Assembly (NCBI GenBank): GCA_033442325.1
Contig: JAWQFM010000019.1
Span: 1,236,127 to 1,300,126, forward strand
Length of the DNA stretch: 64,000 nucleotides
Source of the DNA: Salpingoeca rosetta
Taxonomy: Eukaryota; Protista; Choanoflagellata
Reading direction: 5' to 3'
The notes below the pieces were generated by a model, which ran no database searches, was not told where the DNA came from, and saw only the letters and a program-made list of their open reading frames with translations. Of this stretch, positions 20,401 through 38,003 are shown piece after piece. Position 1 is the stretch's first letter. The number at the start of each line of letters is the position of its first letter. The translations under genes were made by a program, and so were the position numbers.

Positions 20401-23400
20401 CGCTCCTTAACGAGACGACGGTGGGCTTCTCCGTGGACCACCAGGGCCAGCAGGTGGCGGTGGTGGTCGAGGCGGAGGCGTCTGTCGCTGCGGTCCAGCT
20501 CGCCACGGAGCAGATCAACGCGTACGGCGCCGCCAACCTCCTCTCCGGTGCGTTTGACCAGAACAGCAGGACCGACCTTGAGGTGACCACGAATCCGTCC
20601 AACGGCATGGGGCTCAGGCTTCGCCTCCTCCCGCCGGTTGTCCGGCCCTTCTCCACGGAACTGCGTTGGCGCGGCCCCACATCACCCGGCACCAACACCT
20701 CCGATGTCACAACCACAAACGTCGTCTTTGTTCGTCCAGACGCTGACCGCCTGGCTCGAACCATCCTCCACCTCAACAGCGGTAACGGCAATGCTCACGC
20801 TGGGTCCTCCTCCTCCTCCTCCTCCTCGTCGTCGTCGTCGTCATTATCATCACGTGTTGGCATCACAACCTCGGCAGAGTCATTGGGTATTGCACAAGAG
20901 CTTCGAGAGCTCTACGCCTGGCTCAACACCAACCTCGGCGCATCTGTTGCCATCACCCACTCGAATTTTGTCGCACTGCTGCAAACGCTGCTGCCATGGC
21001 AGTCCGTCCCCGTCGACGGCAACCACGCCTTCATCCGGGCCTGCTCATCCTCCTCATCGTCGTCATCATCGACCACAACGTCCTCCGTGTTGTTTGCCAC
21101 TTCCGATGACGACGACCAGTCTGGCGGCAGTGGCGTGTGCATGCTGCGGGGCGTCCCTTACGAGATCAAGCTGCTCGCGTACGTGCACGCTGGTGACGTC
21201 GCCAGCCCTGTTGTCGAGAGCAACATCGTGTCTGCAACCCTGCCCCTCGCCAGCCCAGACCACCTGCGCGTGCACTCCCGTGTGCAGCAGTCGAGCGGCA
21301 CCAGCATCGACCTTGGCTGGGACACGGACGTGCCCCACGACAACGTGCTGGTGCAGCTGTATGCACCGAGCCGCGCATACCAGGCGGCGCGCGATGACCC
21401 AGAGAACGCCCCGTTCGACACAGAGCTGCTGGCACCATCTTCATCGTCAGCATCATCGTCGTCATCGCGATCAGCCGCGCGCGAGTGGCTCGTGCCCAGC
21501 ACCGCAGCCAAGAACATCACCGTTGGCGGGTGCATCACTGCCCTTCGCTTCGGCACAGACTCGTCCTCATCCTCCAACTCGCAGCTGGTGCAGCACTGCG
21601 TGAAGCCGTTTGAGCTGTACCTTGTCTCTGTTCGTCTCATCGGCGGCATTGTGCCCACGGAGCGGTCGCTCTCGTACGTGCGCACCCCACCCGCTGCCCC
21701 CTCGTCCCCTCTTCGGTCCGTGCAGACGTCCGCCCTCACTGCCACCAGCATCAGCATCCGCGGCCAGATCCCGATTGAGGCCAACGGCATCGTGGAGGAG
21801 GTACTGGTGACGCTGGAGGAAGCGCGTGTGCCACGGCCGGACGATACCACCACCACCACCACCACTGCTGGCGATGATGGGGAGTGGACGCAGCTGTCTG
21901 CCCGCCGCATTCGCCTGGCCAACAGCGCGGCTGCACAGATCAATAACCCGGATGTGTTTGTGGACACGACCATCGCTGACCTGCACCCACACCGCCGCTA
22001 CAGGGCGCGCATTCACCCGGGCACAACAGCCGGATTTGCGTCCACGGCAATGGCGACTGCCCTGCACTTCCAAACCAACCCCGCACAGCCGCTGGCACCT
22101 GAGCGGCTTCGGGCGGTCGTGCACACGGGCTCAGTGCCTGCAGGCACCGTGGTGCTGACGGCGGCTTTGGAGATTGGCCCGAGTGCTGGTGCCAACGCAA
22201 ACGCAGCGGGCGCACAACAGGCCACAACAACAGCGGCAGTCACGACCGGTTCCGATGAAGGGGCTGCGGAGATGGTGGTGGTCGAGGTGTCATGGGGAGA
22301 GCCCTCTGAGGACCTTGGCTTCTTGGAAGAGTATGAGGTGATCGTGAGCAGCAGCAACACCACAGCATCGGCAGTGTCTGCAACACCATCAGCATCAGAG
22401 GGTTCATCTGTGGTTGTGTATTCTGGCACAAACACGACCGTGTATGTGCGCATGCCGCTGGCGGCGGTGCTGAGCGTTCGCGGCCGCACGGCTGCTGGCT
22501 GGGGCGAGTACGCCGCCGCCGTGGCCCCGCAGGTCCCCTCCTCATCACAGGGCAACACCAGCACCACCAGCACCCTCATCCTTCCGCTTGCCATTGCCGG
22601 CTGCGGCGCCATGCTGATTGTTGTGCTCGGCGTCATTGCGCTCCGTCGCAAGGAGGTGCTGCTTGCGCGCCTGTACGGCTTCAAGCGGCCCGTGCCAGAC
22701 GAGTACGAGATCCTGCGCGATCAGATTGAGACGACACGCATGGTGGACGCGGGTGCCTTTGGTGAGGTGTACGCCGGCACGGGCACGGATCTCCTCGGCA
22801 GCAGTGTCCCGCGCAACGTGGCCGTGAAGATTTGCCAGGGATCGCACGTGACCACCAAGGCCAAACGCGCATTCCTCAAGGAAATGCAGATCATGAAGAC
22901 GGTGCGTCAGTGGTGTGTGTGTTGTGTATGTTGTGTGTTTTGTGTGTGTTATTGTGTGTGTGTGTTGTGTATGTTGTGTGTTTTGTGTGTGTTATTGTGT
23001 GTGTGTTGTGTGTGTTGTGTGTGTGTGTGTGTGTGTGTGTCGCGGATCTTGCTCGCCTTCCGTTGGATGACCATCGTGACTGGCCTTCTTCAATCTCTTT
23101 CCAATCACAGTTGACGTACCCGCGGCACCCGAATGTGCTTGGGTTGATGGGTCAAGTCACACAATCGGAGCCCCTGATGATGGTCACGGAACTCGTTGCT
23201 CGTGGCAACCTCCGCACTGTCCTCCACGACAACAAGTGAGGGCACAGCGTGCAATATGATGTGTGCTTGTGAGTACGTGTGTGTGCGTATTGTGTGAGTA
23301 TGTATGACATGCGCTTGCTTTTGCATTGCTTGTTCAATGTTTGCACAGGTGCGTTGCGTGTAACTTCTTCAACTTGGTTTGCTGCTCGATCGCTCACGCC

Positions 23401-24620
23401 CTCTTTCGTCACCCCACCAGACCCGTGAAGAACAAGCCGTCCGTGCTCGCCCTGCACCGGCTGCTCGGGTTTGCGCGCGATGTTGCCAGCGGCATGAACC
23501 ATCTCGTCGACAACAACATCGTCCACTGCGATTTGGCCGCCCGCAACTGCCTCGGTGAGTTGGTGTTTGTTCTGTTCTGCATTGCTTTGGTTGGACGCGT
23601 GGCGTGAGACAATACGCGTCACGGTGGCCCAAGCTGTTGTTTAAATTGTTGTTTTCATTGTTGTTGTTGTTGTATCCGCCTTGCATGTACGCACCAGCGC
23701 CTGCTCACCAACACGCGTACACCGCAACCCCATATCCTCCATGTCACCAGTGACTGCGACGTGGCACGTGAAGATCTGTGATTTCGGCCGCGCTTTCTGC
23801 ACGGACGACGAGGCGCCAACAGCTGTTCACGACCGCTCTGTCATGCCCGTCCGCTGGATGCCACCCGAAGTGCTCACAGCAAACTTCTACACGCACGCCT
23901 CCGACGTCTGGAGCTTTGGCGTGACGTGCTTCGAAATGTTCTCGTATGCACAGGTATGCAGTCGTTCTTTCGTGTGTGTATGACGTAGTATGTGTGTGCG
24001 TGCGTGTGCGTGTGTGTGTATGACGTAGTGTGTACGTGTGTGTGTGTGTGTGTGTCGCGGTGGTATGCTGCTGTGTTTCTTCTTGTGCGCCTAGCCTGTT
24101 ATTCCACAACACAATACCCCACTTTATGATCTTCACGTTTCTCACCACCACCTCATGCCTTCCTCGCTCTCTTCCTCCTTCATTGTAGACGCCCTATGCT
24201 GGCATGAGCAACGAGCAAGTGGAGCAACTTGTTGTGAACAGCGGCAAGAAGCTGGCACAGCCCAAGTTCTGTCCCGACGGCGCGTATGCCCTGATGCAGC
24301 AGACGTGGGCATACAAACCAAGCAATCGCCCCATCTTCGCTGTGCTTGCTGCGGGGTTCTCTGATTTGGAGACGCGGATGCGCCATGGCGGAAACGACGC
24401 GGATCTGGTGTGCAGCGCGGGCTTGGACGTCGTGTACAGCGGCAGCAACATGGGCACGCTGCTCTCGCGGCAGTCTGTGGGCACGGTGCAACGGCGGCTG
24501 TCACAGGACAGCATTTTGCAGGATTACTACGTGAACCAGTCGCTTGGCTTGGTGGACAACGTGGTGGTGCTGGAGCCAGATGGCCGTGATCCAATGACCA
24601 ACGGCGATACCACGCTGTAG
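17496..24620 (+). CDS. Receptor tyrosine kinase: signal peptide, Asp-box beta domain, poly-Thr stalk, four EGF/cbEGF repeats, receptor-L / Cys-rich / receptor-L, FN3-like domains, TM, insulin-receptor-like TK domain
   Basis: Exons 17496-22901, 23111-23235, 23421-23554, 23751-23953, 24189-24620. Kinase motifs AGAFGEVY, VAVK, FLKEMQIM, HPNVLGL, HCDLAARN, KICDFG, PVRWMPPE, SDVWSFGV. EGF motifs DVDEC..CTNTFGGYTC and DINEC. L-domain-like CSIIQGDLIV and SVTAVTGDVVV. Start may be 17496 or 17526. Confidence 0.9.
18101..18527 (+). repeat. Coding poly-Thr tract of about 140 codons within the RTK ectodomain
   Basis: Uninterrupted run of ACA/ACC/ACT/ACG codons in the RTK reading frame. Confidence 0.9.
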
Positions 24621-24686
24621 TGTGTGTGTGTGTATGTGTGTATGTATTGCATGTATGTCTGGGTCTAAGGGATGCATTGAGTCATG

Positions 24687-24741
<55 letters not shown>

Positions 24742-25034
24742 TGGATGCACACACGTGTGTATGTGTGTATGCGGGTGTGATAGATAAGGCATAGCTTCCG
24801 ACAACGTCGCTTGAGTGTGCATACATCTGATGACTGTTTGTTGTGCATTTCGATTCGCTCAACGAACGTTAAGCAGTAAACGAAACGAAAGGTCACACAT
24901 CAACACCAAGTGGTGTCACACAAACCAACAACACAAAGGGTCATGGTTGTGTATCTCCATCGCAGGCATGAACAAGCTCCCAAGCAACTACATGAGCAAG
25001 TGCACAGAACACCACAGTTCACATGACAGGACTG

Positions 25035-30277
<5,243 letters not shown>

Positions 30278-30553
30278 CGTGGTGTTGAACTCGCGGATCA
30301 GTGATGATAAACCCAGGCGACGCAGACACAAACGCAGACGCAGACAAGAAAGACACGAAGCAGGGAGCAGGTGCGGCTGGCTGGTCGTTTGCGTTGTGCT
30401 GGCAGTATGGAGAAATGGTTGATATCTTACAGTAAATTTCCACATCCACCATTCACGCGAACGCACACAACAACAGCAGATACAAGCGCGGCACTGTGTG
30501 AACGACATCCACTGACTGACACCTGCTGAGCACACAACACACAAACGCAGAAC

Positions 30554-30979
30554 ATGGTACGTGCGTGTGCGTGTGCGTGTGCGTGTGCGTGTGCGTGTGC
30601 GTGTGCGTGTGCGTGTGCGTGTGTGCAGTGAACATCGTATCTATATGGCATGCGGTTATGGCTCATGCATGCGTGTGTCGCCTGCGTGTATCGCTCGTCT
30701 CACTCCGTGCCTTGTGTTCGAATGTTGTCTTGCCGGCTTGTCTGCTGTGTGGTTTCCCGTGTGATGCTTGTTTCGACTTGAACAGTCGTTGACAATCAAG
30801 AACCCGAAGCAGCTGCTGCAGGAGCTGACGGGCAAGTCTGTTGCTGTCAAGCTCAAGTGGGGCATGGAGTACCGTGGCGTTCTCAAGTCCTTTGACAACT
30901 ACATGAACTTTCAGCTGCTGAACACAGAGGAGTACATTGATGGCGTGTCTCAAGGCAACCTCGGCGAGTGCCTGATCCG
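30554..30979 (+). CDS. SNRPF: Small nuclear ribonucleoprotein F (SmF); last exon probably inside gap 31250-31867
   Basis: ATG-only exon 30554-30556 (ATG|gtac), then exon 30786-30979 [59 protein letters not shown], matching SmF. The expected CNNVLYI ending is not visible. Confidence 0.9.
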
Positions 30980-30984
30980 GTGCG

Positions 30985-31020
<36 letters not shown>

Positions 31021-31249
31021 CGTGTGTGTGTGTGAACGTGTTTGTGTGTGTGTGGAGGGGTATGGGGATGTTATTCTTTCTGTTTGCGTTGTTGTGCGTG
31101 CGTGTGTGTGTGTGTGGAGGGGTATGGGGATGTTATTCTTTCTGTTTGCGTTGTTGTGCGTGCGGTGTGTGTGTGTGAGGCGGGTAATAGGGATGTTATC
31201 CTTTCCGATAGCTATGGCGTGCGTGTGAAAATAGGATGCCTTGTCCTGT

Positions 31250-31867
31250 NNNNNNNNNNNNNNNNNNNNNNNNNNNNNNNNNNNNNNNNNNNNNNNNNNN
31301 NNNNNNNNNNNNNNNNNNNNNNNNNNNNNNNNNNNNNNNNNNNNNNNNNNNNNNNNNNNNNNNNNNNNNNNNNNNNNNNNNNNNNNNNNNNNNNNNNNNN
31401 NNNNNNNNNNNNNNNNNNNNNNNNNNNNNNNNNNNNNNNNNNNNNNNNNNNNNNNNNNNNNNNNNNNNNNNNNNNNNNNNNNNNNNNNNNNNNNNNNNNN
31501 NNNNNNNNNNNNNNNNNNNNNNNNNNNNNNNNNNNNNNNNNNNNNNNNNNNNNNNNNNNNNNNNNNNNNNNNNNNNNNNNNNNNNNNNNNNNNNNNNNNN
31601 NNNNNNNNNNNNNNNNNNNNNNNNNNNNNNNNNNNNNNNNNNNNNNNNNNNNNNNNNNNNNNNNNNNNNNNNNNNNNNNNNNNNNNNNNNNNNNNNNNNN
31701 NNNNNNNNNNNNNNNNNNNNNNNNNNNNNNNNNNNNNNNNNNNNNNNNNNNNNNNNNNNNNNNNNNNNNNNNNNNNNNNNNNNNNNNNNNNNNNNNNNNN
31801 NNNNNNNNNNNNNNNNNNNNNNNNNNNNNNNNNNNNNNNNNNNNNNNNNNNNNNNNNNNNNNNNNNN
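31250..31867. other. Assembly gap
   Basis: Run of N. Confidence 1.
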
Positions 31868-31877
31868 GTCGTCGTCG

Positions 31878-31965
<88 letters not shown>

Positions 31966-32297
31966 CTGTGTTGAATCTGGGCAGTGCGCACATGCCATGA
32001 TGTACGCAGGGTGTGCGGTCTTACGTTTGTTTGTCTGTTGTGGTTGTGGTTGTGTGAGCGTGCACGTGTTAACAGATTGAGTGTGCCGCGACGTGCAATG
32101 CTTGTTTGCTGGTTGATGTTTTGCTGGGCTGCTTTTTCATTGCTTTTCAATCAATGGACAAGAGACGTGTGCAAATGCAAGCATGAACATATGTTGAGGC
32201 AACACCAAGGAGGAGGAGGAGGGGTGCATGGTGCATCATGCGTGTTTGGCGGTGGTTGGTGTTGTGGAAGCGATGCAATGCGATGGGATGGGACGTG

Positions 32298-33552
32298 TTA
32301 CGACCAGAGCCTGATGGTGCCGTCGGAGCCGCACGAGACGAGGAATCCGCCCGCGTGGTCAAACACCAGCGCCTGCACAGCGTCGTCGTGCGCTTGCAGC
32401 TGTCGCAAGCGAATGGGGGGGGGGGGGAGGAGGGATTAGAGGAGGTTGAGGTTGGCGGAAAGGAGGAAGGGGGGTGGTGGTGGAAGAGGGGGAGAGGGGG
32501 GAGGACAATGAAGCATGAACAGATACGTGTTCGTGTGCACACAGACACAGGCACACAGACACAGACACACACACACACACACACACATGCACTCACCTCT
32601 GTGATGAGGTCGAATGTGTCGAGTGCAAGCACCTTGATGGCACCATCACCACTGCCGACAGCCACCACCTGTCCCGACGTATCCACGGCAATGCAGTTTG
32701 CCGGGTGAGGCCCAAGCTTGGCCGTGTGCAGCAGCGTGCGATCGCGCATGCTCCACGCACACACCGTCCCGTCAAGGTCACACGACACAGCAACGTCACC
32801 CTGTCGATGGAGAAGGAGGGTGGTGTGAGTGATGGGGAAGGACAACTGAGCACGTGAGCTACTCGAACCAAGTGGATGACAGACAGAAGACAGACACACA
32901 CACACGCACAAGATGGATACACACAGACACACAGATGCACAGATACACAGATACACAGATACACAGATACAACAGCAGCGCGTGATTAAGCCCTGACCGC
33001 GTATGTGAATGCAATGTCGCTGACGGCATTTGTGTGCGCCTCCATGCTGCCGACAGCCAGGCCCGTCCGCCCATCTGTCACCCGGACGATCTTGTCGGCA
33101 CCCCCGCTCAGGATGTGGTTCGAGTGGGGCTGCACCAGTCCGAGGAGACGTTGGTGGTGGACACGAGGTGAGTTCATGCAGTGGTTGTGACAATGTGTAC
33201 TTCGTGATGGCTATCGGGAGTGGCACATCATCACGATAATGCCACACCACCAAGCACCAATCAACCGCCACCATACCTGGAATCTGACGACGTTGACGGA
33301 GTCTGTGTGGGAGCGGATGGTGTGCAGGCACTTGCCTGTGGTGATATCCCACACCTTGACCGTGTTGTCCATGCTGCCAGATGCAATGAAGTCGCCCGTG
33401 TGGTGGAAGTCGCAGCTCCACACGCAGTGCGCATGCTCCAGGAACGACGTCACAACACACAGCCTGCACAGGTTTGGTGTGGAGCATGTGCGATGGGTTA
33501 GGTGGTGGTGGTGGTGGCAGCGTGTTGGACGCAAAGGGGAGGGAAGGAGAAG

Positions 33553-33604
<52 letters not shown>

Positions 33605-33644
33605 CACACACACACACACACACACACACAGCCACACAGACACA

Positions 33645-33695
<51 letters not shown>

Positions 33696-36132
33696 GACAT
33701 GCCTGGTGCCGTACCCTGCTGAGCTCCAGAGGTCGACCTTTGGGTGGGAGCCTGCAGTGAGGAGGAGGGTGCCGTCGGGGTGGAAGCGGACGTCTGCCAG
33801 CCACGACGGGTGCGCCGCCACCTGCTGCTCAAGCTGGCCCCTGGTGGCGGTGGTGATGATGATTGTGATGACGATTGTGGTGGTGGATGGATGGATGGAT
33901 GGATGGATGGATGGGAGAATGGAATGTGTACATGAGGGGAAGCGCTGTGAGCGGATGAGCTGTAATGGTGCTGTTGGTGTCGGTCAATGTGCTGTGATCG
34001 TTTCGAGCGAACGTCGACAAACAAAAGAATTAAGACGTGACACATCACGACATGTGCGTGCCCACATGACCATCACATCAGGATCCTGCCTACCCTGGAA
34101 GTTGCCAGATGCTCATGATGCCAGCGTCGTCGACGGCTGCGAGCAGGTCGCCTTGTGGATGCAGCGCAATGGCTCCGACAGCACACGTGCTCGCCTTGAC
34201 CGTGTTCACCACCGTGAGCGCCTTGGCGCGGCCGGGTGTCATGGGCCGCAGGTTTGGCGGTGGCAGCAGCTGCTCCGGTCGCGGGAGTGTTGCAGGCATG
34301 CGCTGGCTCTGGCTCTGTCGTGGTGGTGGCAATGGTGGTGGTGGTGGTGGTGGTGAAGGGAGAGGCAGTTGTATTGTGTGGGCAGTTGCGGTGATGCACA
34401 ATCAGGTGCACATGCACGCACACAAAGTCAGGTGGCAATTGAGTACGACACAGAACAGCAGCAGCAGCAGCAGCATGAGGCGTGTGGTCACCAGGACGGG
34501 GCTCTGCAGGCGCTTCGTTGCCTTTGCCAGAGACGGCAGTGGCCGCTGGGCCGTCGTGTTGGCGACTGCTGCTGTCGTTGCTATTGCTGTTGTCCTCGTC
34601 GGCGCGAGCTGCGATGCAGACACGGCGCGTGCCGTCTGCTCAAGCTGTGTCGCCTAATGTGCGTGTGTGTGCATTGTGTGCGTGTTGTGTGCGTTGGTTG
34701 TGTGTGCGTTGAGTGAGTGTGCATTGTTGTGTGCCTTGTTGGAAAGCGGTTGGCTCGTTGGAACAGCGAAAAGGAGAAAGGCAGGCATGCAAACGCGAGT
34801 CACGATTGAACACCTCACCCGTTGTGATGCCTTGTCGCGCTGCAGCTTTGCCAGCATCTTTTCGCGCAGGGCCGCGTTGTGCTTCTCCGTTAACTCTTCC
34901 AGCTCTTTACGAAGGTCGTCCACTTGGCGAGATAGCCTGCAAGCAACAACATCGGCCAGGCGAGCATGTGAGGGGATGCGGCGGTGAGCTACGCCCTTCG
35001 CAACGCACGATACGCACGTGCACACATGTCCACATGCACATGCACACACAGACATAGACACAGACACACACACGCGCGCATACACACGACACGCACGCAC
35101 GCACGCACGCATACATGCACAGACAAGCACACGTGCACGAACCGCTTGAGTTCTTGGCCCATTGTCTTCTTTTCTTGCAGGATTCGGCGATGTGCTGTTC
35201 TGTGGTGGTTGCGCTCCTTCCGCAACTTCTCAAACTGTGCCTCAGCAGCGCTGGTGCCATGTGCCAAGAGTAGGACAGGAAAAAATGTACGTGTGTGAAT
35301 GTGAACGTGACAGTGTGTGAATGTGAGAGTGTGCAAATGTGATGAGAGTGTGAGAGTGTGTGAGTCAACGGGAGAACGATGTCCCGTGGATGAGATGAAA
35401 ATGGGGTGAGCTGGAGCAACCAAGGGTCATTTCAAAAGCAGAAGCGCAACCTCGCACCTTGCCTTCTGTTGGTACTTTGCACACATGGATTCGCAGTCCT
35501 CGAGTGCCCTTTCCAGGTGCTCACTGCGTGTGTACACATCGGGCACGGATTCGATCTCAGCCGCGCTCTCCCGTCCATTCCCGAGCTTGTGCCTAACCAG
35601 CACAAGGAAGCGGGGGGGCATGTGCATGTGAGTGAATGAGTGAGTGAGTGAGTGAGTGCGTGTTAGTGTGCGATTGTGTGTGTGTGATTGTGTGCGATTG
35701 TGTGGGACAACAAATGGGGAGTGTGACTTGTGCGGAGATGGTGAATACCGTACCATTCGGTTTGGAAGCATTCGAGCGTCTGTGTCATGTTGTGCTTCAT
35801 CAAGAAGTTCATGAGAAAGTCCTCCACAGGCTGCAGTCGAACAAGGGAGTTGGAGCACGTGTGTCAGTGTGTCAGTGTGAGTGCGAATGTGTGAGTGTGT
35901 GAGTGTGTGAGTGTGTGAGTGTGTGAGTGTGTGAGTGTGTGAGTGCGAATGTCAAGTACAGCCACTCACAGACAGACACATAAACACACACCAGACACAC
36001 ACACCAGACACACAAACACACACACACACACACAACAAAAAAAACACACACCAGACACACAAACATACGCACAGACACACAATGAGCACTGACTGGAGGG
36101 ATGGATGCGCCCTCCGAGGGCATGGCCGTCAT
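32298..36132 (-). CDS. SPAG16: PF20/SPAG16 axonemal central-pair WD40 protein
   Basis: N-terminal VEDFLMNFLMKHNMTQTLECFQTEW; coiled coil FEKLRKERNHHRTAHRRILQEK and ALREKMLAKLQRDK; WD40 repeats (HAHCVWSCDFHHTGDFIASGSMDNTVKVWD, HTDSVN, HTNAVSDIAF, GSDGTIRLWS*). Start codon uncertain. Confidence 0.85.
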
Positions 36133-36239
36133 CGCTTCGCTTCGCTCGCTTGCTGCTGTTGCTGGCTGTGGTTTGTATCCTCTCTTGTTCCTTCTCTTGT
36201 TCCTTCTCTTCTCTCTTCTTTGCTGCTGCTTTGCTTGTT

Positions 36240-36251
36240 GTTGTCAGGCAC
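36240..36251. promoter_or_regulatory. Candidate RFX/X-box-like element upstream of PF20
   Basis: GTTGTCAGGCAC about 110 bp upstream of the putative PF20 ATG, resembling the X-box GTTGYC-N-GGCAAC. Short motif that could arise by chance. Confidence 0.35.
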
Positions 36252-36629
36252 AATTTGCAAATGGAATCCTCACGGCGCAATTTGCAACGTGACGCGATGC
36301 GTCATTCTCTCGCTCTGTTCTTCTTGTGCCTCTGCGACGACACAACCAACACCTCCTCCACGCTCACGCACCAGGTCAACAACGCCTTGCTCGCTTGACT
36401 AAGGATTGAAAGACTGAGGGAATTGAATCAGCCCATCTCACAGCACTCAGGTAGTGGCAATCGGCCAGAGAAGGCGTGTGCACCTTGTTGGTTCCTTTGG
36501 TTTGCCGTGCTTTGAACTGTTGGTGTTTGTGGAAGTCATCATGATCATCTAACTCACCACCACCACATGTATTTGTTTTGGTTGTCCGTCTCTCGACAGC
36601 AGAGCCCAACAACAACAACAACAACAACC

Positions 36630-37111
36630 ATGTCGTACCACAAACTCGATCGCTACCAAGGTGCGAACGTGTGCTGTGTGGGTGTTTGTTTTGTAGTGTG
36701 TGTTTGTAGTGTGTGTTTGTACTTATTTGCTTGTGCCTTGTTTTCATGTGGTGGTGCAATTGACAACGCCGTCACACATCCGCCTCACACACGCATGTTG
36801 CTTTGTCGTGTGATGGCCGTGGCTGTGCCGTCCTGTTGGCGTTTGCACCCTCCCCCCTATACTTGTTTTGTCTCCCGTCCATTTCCCCAGGCCGAGATGG
36901 CGACAGCGAGTACTTGCGCTTGACGCGCCAGATCCCCAACAACATTGTCAACATCAGCCGAAACACCAAGCAGCTGCAGAAGATTGTCAAAGTGATTGGC
37001 ACGCCAAAGGAATCGCAACAGTCCATGGGGCAGGTCAGCTTCCGTTTCGTGGTTGTATGTGTGTTGTGTGTTGTGTGTTGTATGTGTGTGTGTGTGTGCT
37101 GTGTGTGTGTG

Positions 37112-37145
<34 letters not shown>

Positions 37146-37955
37146 CGGCTTGCCATTGACTTTCCTCTCACCGCAGCCACCGTGTTTCATGACACGCGTT
37201 GCAGATTCGCCATATTGTCAGAGACACAAACTCGCTCATCAAAATGACAAAACAAATGGTATCCGACGTAAGCACGCTCACACAGAGTGCGGAGAACCAG
37301 AGCGTGTGTGCGCGCGCATGGGGAGGCGGGCGAATGTGTGAATGTATTGTGTTTGTCTCTGTTTGCTGTACGTATTGCGCGCGCGCTCTGTCTCTCTCTC
37401 TCTCTCTCTCTNNNNNNNNNNNNNNNNNNNNNNNNNNNNNNNNNNNNNNNNNNNNNNNNNNNNNNNNNNNNNNNNNNNNNNNNNNNNNNNNNNNNNNNNN
37501 NNNNNNNNNNNNNNNNNNNNNNNNNNNNNNNNNNNNNNNNNNNNNNNNNNNNNNNNNNNNNNNNNNNNNNNNNNNNNNNNNNNNNNNNNNNNNNNNNNNN
37601 NNNNNNNNNNNNNNNNNNNNNNNNNNNNNNNNNNNNNNNNNNNNNNNNNNNNNNNNNNNNNNNNNNNNNNNNNNNNNNNNNNNNNNNNNNNNNNNNNNNN
37701 NNNNNNNNNNNNNNNNNNNNNNNNNNNNNNNNNNNNNNNNNNNNNNNNNNNNNNNNNNNNNNNNNNNNNNNNNNNNNNNNNNNNNNNNNNNNNNNNNNNN
37801 NNNNNNNNNNNNNNNNNNNNNNNNNNNNNNNNNNNNNNNNNNNNNNNNNNNNNNNNNNNNNNNNNNNNNNNNNNNNNNNNNNNNNNNNNNNNNNNNNNNN
37901 NNNNNNNNNNNNNNNNNNNNNNNNNNNNNNNNNNNNNNNNNNNNNNNNNNNNNNN

Positions 37956-38003
<48 letters not shown>

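Noticed and set aside
18003-22684. Long minus-strand ORFs (poly-Val, 365, 494 and 358 aa)
   Set aside because: Antisense shadows of the GC-rich RTK exon with no independent motifs.
31040-31170. Approximately 62-bp tandem duplication in the SmF intron
   Set aside because: Local intronic slippage next to a gap; no sign of function.
30883-32150. ORFs spanning N runs
   Set aside because: Open only because N translates as X.
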